Of a DNA stretch of 64,000 bases, positions 57,473 through 64,000 are shown one piece after another. This DNA is from Promethearchaeota archaeon (lineage in GTDB: Archaea; Asgardarchaeota; Lokiarchaeia; Sigyniarchaeales; SOKP01). Numbering within the stretch: the stretch's first letter is position 1; every line of letters begins with the position of its first letter. The stretch spans positions 96,001 to 160,000 of the forward strand of contig JAEOUA010000007.1 in assembly GCA_016839555.1 (NCBI GenBank), given 5' to 3'. The translations under genes were made by a program, and so were the position numbers. The notes under the pieces are model-generated. The model had not been told where the DNA came from. It did not search any database and saw only the letters and a list, made by a program, of their open reading frames with translations.

Positions 57473-59320
57473 TCAACTGCTTTCTGGAATTAATATAATG
57501 AAATTACTCCCTTTCGAAGAGTCTCCTTTAACATTGTTTTCTACCCAAATATCTCCATTATAGATTTCTAAAATTTTTTTCACTAAGGATAGTCCCAATC
57601 CCATCCTCTTACCTCTATATTTTTTTCTATAATCCCTTTTAAAAATTTTAACTTTCATATCATTCGGTATCCCTCTCCCATTGTCGATAAATTCTATTTT
57701 GTAATAATTAATACTCTTTTTATGTTCTCTTGAAATCTTAATTATAATTTCGATATTTGGATTGACATTATGTTGTATAGCATTGTTTAAGATATTTTCA
57801 AACACCTCTCTTAAGAGATTATCAGCTTGAACAAAAATTTTACCAAAAGGATTTCTAATTTTTATAGAAATTTCTTTATCGGGAAAACTATTTAAAATTA
57901 GTTTTCGTATTTTTTTCAAAACTGCTAAAACCTCTGTTGGGTGAAGATCTTTTATTTTTTTGTCTAATTTTGATAATATTTGAATATTAGATATTAAATT
58001 TACCCCTCTTTTAACTTGTTCATCAATGATTTTCAACATTTTTTTAATATTCTTTCTATTTTCTTTATCTTTTAAATATATCATAGATAAATCATTAGAA
58101 TTCATTATTACTTGGAGAATATTGTTTATGTCATGAGCGAATAAATCCTTATATAATTCAGCTTGATTAAATGCTTCCCGATATTTTTTTTCAGATTTTT
58201 TTAGTTTCTGTTCTGCCTCCTTACGTAAAGTTATCTCACGACTAATTCCAATTGTTTTTATAAAAGTATTGTTTTCATCATGTATACCTCTACCATTATA
58301 TTCCAACCATTTGTATGATCCGTCTCTACATTTAAATCTCACTTCATTTTTCAAAAATTCTTTTTGTTTTACTTTTTCAAAATCATGAAGAACTTTATTT
58401 ATATCTTCAGGATGGACATATTTAAAAGCCACAGTTCCGATTAGCTCTTCGGGAGCGTACCCTAAAACTTTTTTATAAGCTTCATTACAATATAAAAACC
58501 TTCCTTCGTGATCATTTATAGAAATTAAATCATTTATGTTTTTAGAAATTAATTGATATAATTCTTTGGAAATTTCTGATTCCTGTAACATCTCTTTATA
58601 TTCGGTAAGCTCCCGAACGAAAACGGCAATTATTGGCTGGTTCTGTAACTTAATTTTGACTAAAGTAGTTTCAGCAGGAAATGTGCTTCCATCTTTTCGC
58701 TTGTGCATTCCGATTACTTTAGTATGCTCACCGAATGCTAATTTCTCCCAATATCTTTTTTTATGCTCCATAGGAATAACTTCAAGAGCTACATCTGCGG
58801 CATTCAATTGTAAAAACTCTTCTCTTGTGTACCCTGATCTTTTTAATGTTATATCATTTACCATTATAAAATTTCCTTTCAAATCAAGGGCTGCAATAGC
58901 AATACCAGATTTTTCTAACATGATTCTAAAAACTTCTTCAGATTCCTTTAATTCTTGTTCTGCCTTTTTCTTTTCTGTTATATCTTCGGTAATAACCATA
59001 ATTAAATCAGATAATATAGGCTGATAAGTAACATAGAGGATTTTTTCAAGACCCGTGGTTTTAAAAGTATAATTCATTTCTCGGAAGATTTTTACTTTCT
59101 CATTAATACAGTGATTTAAATCTCTTAAAATTTCGGGCTGATTTTTATGGAATATTGAAGCTTTAATACCTAAAATATCTCGGACTTTTCTGTTGGTTAT
59201 ATCTTCAGCAGCTTTATTATAATCTAAAAGAATTAACTCCTTTTCAATGTTTTTCCATATATAAACTGGATATGGAAATAATTTGACTATTGTTTCTAAT
59301 TTCTCTTTTGAAATGTTCAT
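57473..59320 (-). CDS. Cytoplasmic multi-PAS sensor histidine kinase
   Basis: Three PAS/PAC-like units (EDITEKK, RKDGSTFP, VHPED...DGSYKWL), AHDINN H-box, ENILNNAIQH, DNGRGI, GLGLSLV. Confidence 0.9.
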   Translation of the reverse strand: MNISKEKLETIVKLFPYPVYIWKNIEKELILLDYNKAAEDITNRKVRDILGIKASIFHKNQPEILRDLNHCINEKVKIFREMNYTFKTTGLEKILYVTYQPILSDLIMVITEDITEKKKAEQELKESEEVFRIMLEKSGIAIAALDLKGNFIMVNDITLKRSGYTREEFLQLNAADVALEVIPMEHKKRYWEKLAFGEHTKVIGMHKRKDGSTFPAETTLVKIKLQNQPIIAVFVRELTEYKEMLQESEISKELYQLISKNINDLISINDHEGRFLYCNEAYKKVLGYAPEELIGTVAFKYVHPEDINKVLHDFEKVKQKEFLKNEVRFKCRDGSYKWLEYNGRGIHDENNTFIKTIGISREITLRKEAEQKLKKSEKKYREAFNQAELYKDLFAHDINNILQVIMNSNDLSMIYLKDKENRKNIKKMLKIIDEQVKRGVNLISNIQILSKLDKKIKDLHPTEVLAVLKKIRKLILNSFPDKEISIKIRNPFGKIFVQADNLLREVFENILNNAIQHNVNPNIEIIIKISREHKKSINYYKIEFIDNGRGIPNDMKVKIFKRDYRKKYRGKRMGLGLSLVKKILEIYNGDIWVENNVKGDSSKGSNFIILIPESS

Positions 59321-59601
59321 AACTTTTTGAGTATCCTTTAAAGCTGATAAAAACTTTCTCTTATTTCTTTAAGGAAAATAAATGATGATACTAATATTTT
59401 TTAGTATAAAATATCACTTCTTTTATTTAAATATTCATACTATTTTTTATTTAAATGCTATATAACCTTACATTAGGAGAAGTAATTATTAATAATTAGT
59501 TTTAAATTTTGGATTATATTGAAAAAGTTAAAGAAATTGCATAATTATAATATATCAATCTTGATTTCACAAATATATAAAAAATTAGGAGTATAGCAAA
59601 A

Positions 59602-60477
59602 TTAACTTGATGGTCTTTTGCTCCGAATTTCAGTTTTAGGAATATCTTTAAATTTTTGAATTGTTTTTTCTAATTTTACCTTTTGCTCTTCTAATAAATT
59701 TTTATCTTTTGCTAATTTATCTCTTTCTCGTTTGATTATATTTTTTTCATCTTCAATTCTACGATTTTCTTTTTCTAATTGTCTCTTTTCATCTGCCACA
59801 TTTGATTTTTCTCGTGAAATATCTTTAATAATTCTGTCTTTTTTATCCTCTAAATCCTTTATATCAATTGTTAATTGATCTCTCTCATCTTTTAGATTAT
59901 TTATTTTTCTTTGCCAATCTCTTGCTTCATTTTTTAATTTAGAATTATCTCCTCTTAATTTTTTGATTTTATCTTCTTCTTTCTTTCGAGTTTTTTCAAG
60001 ATCTTTTCTTGCATTTTTAAGGTCGTCTTTTAATTGTGCTAGTTTATCTTTTTCATCTTTTAAATCTTTGAATTCATCATCTAATTGTTCTTTCTTTTTT
60101 CTTAACATATCTTTAGTATTTTGAATTTTATCTTTTTCTTTTTCTAGATTCATTTTTTGATTTTCAATGTTATTCTGCATATCTTGTATATTATCTTTTA
60201 TATCATCCTGCTTTTTTAGCATGTTTTTCATATCTAATTCTATAGATTTTCTCTTATTTTCGAGATCTTCAATATTGGTGTTGTATTTCTGAATTTTTTC
60301 GATAGTGTTCTCCCACTCTTCACGTTCTTTTTTAAGCTTATTTCTTTCCTTTTTAAGTTTTTGAAGAAGTTTTTTACTGGGAAGAGCTCTCTCCTTCTCG
60401 ATTGGAGTTTTTTCTTTTATTTGATATTTATTTGGTGTTTTTTCTTGCATACTTTTCTTCACTATATTCTTATACAA
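59602..60477 (-). CDS. Long coiled-coil protein
   Basis: ~230 aa of K/E/D/L heptad repeats; start is TTG 60477 or ATG 60450; divergent from the Ubl gene. Confidence 0.75.
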   Translation of the reverse strand: MYKNIVKKSMQEKTPNKYQIKEKTPIEKERALPSKKLLQKLKKERNKLKKEREEWENTIEKIQKYNTNIEDLENKRKSIELDMKNMLKKQDDIKDNIQDMQNNIENQKMNLEKEKDKIQNTKDMLRKKKEQLDDEFKDLKDEKDKLAQLKDDLKNARKDLEKTRKKEEDKIKKLRGDNSKLKNEARDWQRKINNLKDERDQLTIDIKDLEDKKDRIIKDISREKSNVADEKRQLEKENRRIEDEKNIIKRERDKLAKDKNLLEEQKVKLEKTIQKFKDIPKTEIRSKRPSS

Positions 60478-60598
60478 AATAATAGAATTTATTTCTTTAG
60501 CAAATTCATGTTTAAAAAAAAACTCATTTATATAGTTTAATTTGTATGTGTGTATTAATAAAAATAGTACTCAATTAAAAATAAGAGGTTTATATAAA

Positions 60599-60967
60599 AT
60601 GAGTTTTGATGAGGAATTTGATGAGGAATTTGACGAAGATCTTGGTGGTCCCTCGGAAAAGGCTCCAAGTAAGAAATTTAAATCGAAAACCCCAGAAATA
60701 AAAGGACCTTCCGGTGGAAAAAAGATTTCCCTCTATTTTACCTCTACAGTAGGTCCAGGAGAAAAGAAACAAAAACTTATGGTTGACAATGCTAATCTTG
60801 TTGATGCAATTAAGGAGACAGTGGGAAATATTTTCGGATTAGACCCTAATGACTTTCATTTATCTTCTGGTGGAGTTACTATGGAAGAATCAAGCCCCTT
60901 GAGCGATTACAATGTAGATGATGGAGATGAAGTATTACTCATTCCTAGCTCAACAGCAGGTAAATAA
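60599..60967 (+). CDS. Ubiquitin-like (beta-grasp) protein with acidic N-terminal extension, ending STAG-K
   Basis: ATG 60599 with GAGGT RBS; PLSDYNV resembles ubiquitin TLSDYNI; GDEVLLIP strand; directly upstream of E1/E2/JAB. Confidence 0.85.
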   Translation: MSFDEEFDEEFDEDLGGPSEKAPSKKFKSKTPEIKGPSGGKKISLYFTSTVGPGEKKQKLMVDNANLVDAIKETVGNIFGLDPNDFHLSSGGVTMEESSPLSDYNVDDGDEVLLIPSSTAGK

Positions 60968-61077
60968 ATAATTTATTGGTATTTGGTAATTATTTATTTT
61001 TCAATTATGGAATTTTTTTATTTTTTTAATTTTTTTAAATTATTAACCAAGCAATAATTATATAAAGATTTGATTTT

Positions 61078-62304
61078 ATGATAAAAGAATCTGATTTTTT
61101 TAGTGAAATGTTAACCTCAGAAGAACGAGAGCTATATGATAGACAATTCCGTTTAGAAGGGTGGTCTCAAAAGGTCGTTAAGAATTCTCGAGTGTTAATT
61201 ATAGGTATTGGGGGTTTAGGGTGTGAGATAGCTAAAAATCTTGCAATGCTTGGAGTTGGTCATTTAGACTTAGTTGATTTAGATGTTATTGAGTATTCTA
61301 ATTTAAATAGGCAATTATTATTTGCTGGAGCTAAATTGGGTCAGCCGAAAGCCATAGTTGCCGCTGAAAAATTAAAAGAAATAAATCCCAAAATAACTAT
61401 AAAAGCATATCACTCTTCTTTAGAAAGATTAGATCCAATTATTTATAAAAAAGCGGATGTCGTTATTGGCGGACTAGATTCGATGAACGCTCGACTTAAC
61501 CTAAATGCCCATTGTATACGATTTGGAAAACCACTTGTTGATGGAGGTGTAGCTGGATATCATGGACATATGTATACTGTATTTCCATATGTGAATGCAT
61601 GCTATGAATGTAATCCATTGCCTGTAGGTGAAATTGATGACATGGCAGCATGTACGGTGGTCGGCATACCTCGTAAACGTATACATTGTGTATTTAAAGG
61701 TGATATGGCATTTAAAGAAAAATTTGAGCGAGATCCCAATCCGAAGGATATTAATGATATAAAATTTATTCAAAAAGAAGCAAATATATTAGCTGAGAAG
61801 TATGATTTTCTCCCTAAATTCACCAAATCCGATATTTTACAGATTATAGATAGGCATGATCCGGGCATTATCACAATAAATGCCTTAATATCGGCGATGG
61901 AGTCCCATGAGGCTGTAAAAATAATACATTGGATAAACGGACATAAAGCTTTGGGGAGACCAGTGACATCATATGTAGTTTTTAATGCTATGACTATGAA
62001 ATTTTACCATATTGAAAAAAAAAGAAATCCCGAATGTCCTCAATGCGGAAATAATGTAAAAAGAGTAAAAATACAAATAAGAAAGACTTCTCCATGTGAA
62101 AATATTATAAAACTTTTACTAAATAATGGATTTGAATTAGATCCCGATTACGAGCCAATTTTAACCACAATGGATTTTAATAATATCAAAGTAGTGGATT
62201 TGGATAAAACACCGATTGAAAATGATCTTAGGAATTTTGACCTTATAACGGCTGTTGGCTTTAAGAATTTCGGCGAGATTTTTATTACATTAAATTTAGC
62301 ATGA
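61078..62304 (+). CDS. Ubl-activating enzyme E1 (Uba2/Uba3-like)
   Basis: YDRQ, GIGGLGCE, DLDVIEYSNLNRQ, ACYEC, catalytic ACTVVGIPR...HC, NPECPQC, ~80-aa C-terminal domain (UFD-like). Confidence 0.9.
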   Translation: MIKESDFFSEMLTSEERELYDRQFRLEGWSQKVVKNSRVLIIGIGGLGCEIAKNLAMLGVGHLDLVDLDVIEYSNLNRQLLFAGAKLGQPKAIVAAEKLKEINPKITIKAYHSSLERLDPIIYKKADVVIGGLDSMNARLNLNAHCIRFGKPLVDGGVAGYHGHMYTVFPYVNACYECNPLPVGEIDDMAACTVVGIPRKRIHCVFKGDMAFKEKFERDPNPKDINDIKFIQKEANILAEKYDFLPKFTKSDILQIIDRHDPGIITINALISAMESHEAVKIIHWINGHKALGRPVTSYVVFNAMTMKFYHIEKKRNPECPQCGNNVKRVKIQIRKTSPCENIIKLLLNNGFELDPDYEPILTTMDFNNIKVVDLDKTPIENDLRNFDLITAVGFKNFGEIFITLNLA

Positions 62305-62403
62305 TTATTCTCTTATAATTTTATTCAAAAAAGTATTTAATAAAAATATATTAGATAGAATTATTACTTAATTTATAAAAATGATATAAAAAGAAGTGAA
62401 ATT

Positions 62404-62931
62404 ATGAGTTTAAGAAGCACGAGGATATCTCAAGATTTTGCGGCATTAAAAAAAATGATAAAAAACGGAACTATAGTCCAATTAAAACCTTGGGATAAAA
62501 AAAACAAGAGTATAGACCATCTTAAGGTTACCATTGAAGGACCAAAAGGAACTGCATATGAGGGGGGATTATTTAGGTTGGAAGTAAAATATCCTCCGCA
62601 ATATCCTAAAGTTCCTCCTTTTCTAAGATTATATACCCCTATTTGGCATCCAAATTTCTGGCCGAAACCCCATGAATATAAAGGGCAGAGAAATATTTGT
62701 TTAGCGTTGATTGATCCCTCATTAATTGGCAAAAAAGGGGGTTGGTCTCCTTCAAAAACTATTGTTACTGTGATCAATGCTATTATTGCGATGTTAAATA
62801 CTCGCGGAAAATATTTTAATCCCACAGATGTTTATAATAAAAAAGCTGCTTTAGAATCTATGAATAAGCGGGATTATTTTGAGAAAAAGGTTAAACATCT
62901 TGTAAAAAAATATGCGAATAAAAAGTGGTGA
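62404..62931 (+). CDS. Ubl-conjugating enzyme E2 (UBC fold)
   Basis: GPKGTAYEGGLF, YPPQYPKVPP, IWHPN...ICL, WSPSKTI. Confidence 0.92.
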   Translation: MSLRSTRISQDFAALKKMIKNGTIVQLKPWDKKNKSIDHLKVTIEGPKGTAYEGGLFRLEVKYPPQYPKVPPFLRLYTPIWHPNFWPKPHEYKGQRNICLALIDPSLIGKKGGWSPSKTIVTVINAIIAMLNTRGKYFNPTDVYNKKAALESMNKRDYFEKKVKHLVKKYANKKW

Positions 62932-62943
62932 GGAGAAAGGTAG

Positions 62944-63750
62944 ATGGATGAGAATCTAAAAAGAGATTCAATTAAAGAAACATTAAAAAAAAAAGTAAGA
63001 GAGCAATTAAAAGAAGAGCTCAAGAAAGAACTAAAACAAGAGCTTTTGGATGAAATTTATCAAGAATTAATGCAAGAAGAGATCGAATTCAAACAAGAAA
63101 TAACCTCAACCTTTAAAAATAAAATTGATAAAGGGAAATCTATTCAAAAAGCAGAAATGATAAAAGCACCCCAAAAAGTACAACAGATTCAAATTTCTAT
63201 AAAAGCAGTATTAAAAATGACAACCCATGCCTTAAAATATGCAAATAAAAATATACCACGAGAAAACTGGGTGGAGGTCATCGGATTGTTGGCAGGTAAA
63301 GAAAAAGATAACATTCTCCATATTAAGAATGCATATCCAATTGGGCATGGCAATGCAATTCATGTACAAATGGATGAGCGGAGAAATAAAAGAACTGGGC
63401 ATATTAAAGCATATGAAGAGAGTAGAAAAAGAAATTTATTTATTTGTGGATGGTATCATTCTCATCCCTCTTATGGGTGTTTTATGTCAGACGAAGATAT
63501 ATATACCCAAACCGAATATCAGAAACATTGGGAAAAAGCTGTAGCCATAGTGGTTGATCCTTATGAAATAGACGGGACTTCCTATGGATTCCAGGTATTT
63601 CGATGTGATTTAAAAACTCAAAAATGGTATTCCTTACCCTTTGAAATGGAAGAATCCTTAAATGTAAGCTTATTGCCCAAAATTTTAGATTTTGTAAATC
63701 CTATTGTTGATGGAGAAGCATTATTCTTAGAATATGATGAGGAATCATAA
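62944..63750 (+). CDS. JAB1/MPN+ metalloprotease (Rpn11/CSN5-like) with N-terminal coiled coil
   Basis: ISIKAVLKMTTH, EVIGLLAG, GWYHSHPSYGCFMSDED JAMM motif, AVAIVVDP. Confidence 0.92.
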   Translation: MDENLKRDSIKETLKKKVREQLKEELKKELKQELLDEIYQELMQEEIEFKQEITSTFKNKIDKGKSIQKAEMIKAPQKVQQIQISIKAVLKMTTHALKYANKNIPRENWVEVIGLLAGKEKDNILHIKNAYPIGHGNAIHVQMDERRNKRTGHIKAYEESRKRNLFICGWYHSHPSYGCFMSDEDIYTQTEYQKHWEKAVAIVVDPYEIDGTSYGFQVFRCDLKTQKWYSLPFEMEESLNVSLLPKILDFVNPIVDGEALFLEYDEES

Positions 63751-63823
63751 GGAATAATTAAGGTCTATAATTTCACATAATAAAGGGTAATTAAGTGAGG
63801 TATCAGAGTATTGGTGATTTTCA

Positions 63824-64000
63824 ATTAAAAAAAGTTATTTTATTCCTTTAATCATAAGTTTCATCATTGGATTTATTCATGGAGTATTAATAGAGCCATC
63901 TTTTAATCTCTTTATTTCCTGGATTTTAATTGGGTTTTGGGTTATCTTTTCTATGAAAAGTATAGCTAAAATTAGAAAATATCGGCAATTTAATTCCCCT
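63824..64000 (+). CDS. Possible membrane protein running off the window end
   Basis: Open frame IKKSYFIPLIISFIIGFIHGVLIEPSFNLFISWILIGFWVIFSMKSIAKIRKYRQFNSP with two hydrophobic segments; GGTGAT at 63813-63818 precedes an ATT; start uncertain. Confidence 0.35.
   Translation, partial: MKKSYFIPLIISFIIGFIHGVLIEPSFNLFISWILIGFWVIFSMKSIAKIRKYRQFNSP

Noticed and set aside
531-63544. Short ORF-track entries overlapping long genes (e.g. 531..773, 17240..17677, 38908..39291, 42079..42624, 58566..59024, 62430..62825, 63239..63544)
   Set aside because: Antisense or out-of-frame shadows of well-supported genes, with no recognisable motifs.
63795-63851. GTG-initiated ORF after the JAB gene
   Set aside because: Stops at TAA 63849-63851 after 18 codons; the hydrophobic reading is in a different frame.

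Overview
AT-rich (roughly 30% GC by eye) prokaryotic DNA that reads like a Lokiarchaeia/Promethearchaeota (Asgard archaeon) chromosome. The evidence is three Rab-like small GTPases, an LRR protein, a eukaryote-like ubiquitin-type module (Ubl, Uba2/Uba3-like E1, UBC E2, Rpn11/CSN5-like JAB protease), archaeal split glutamate synthase, and TATA-type promoters with GGTGA/GAGG ribosome-binding sites. The left part (1-27.9 kb) holds acyl-CoA/fatty-acid and other metabolic genes, a SWIM-TIR protein and a VapBC module. An accessory block at 28-33.2 kb carries an RRE-type radical SAM/SPASM enzyme followed by an unannotated 48-aa Cys-containing peptide gene (candidate RiPP system). A nitrogen-assimilation region at 33.4-57 kb has two tandem carbamoyl-phosphate synthetases, the second with a catalytically dead glutaminase subunit, and an unannotated 52-aa Cys-rich ORF between them. 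It also has Gln-dependent NadE divergent from amt-glnK, decayed regulators, and a GltB1/B2/B3 operon led by an HdrB-HdrC fusion that probably starts at ATT. No rRNA, tRNA, CRISPR array or transposase was recognised. All calls come from motif reading, not database searches.
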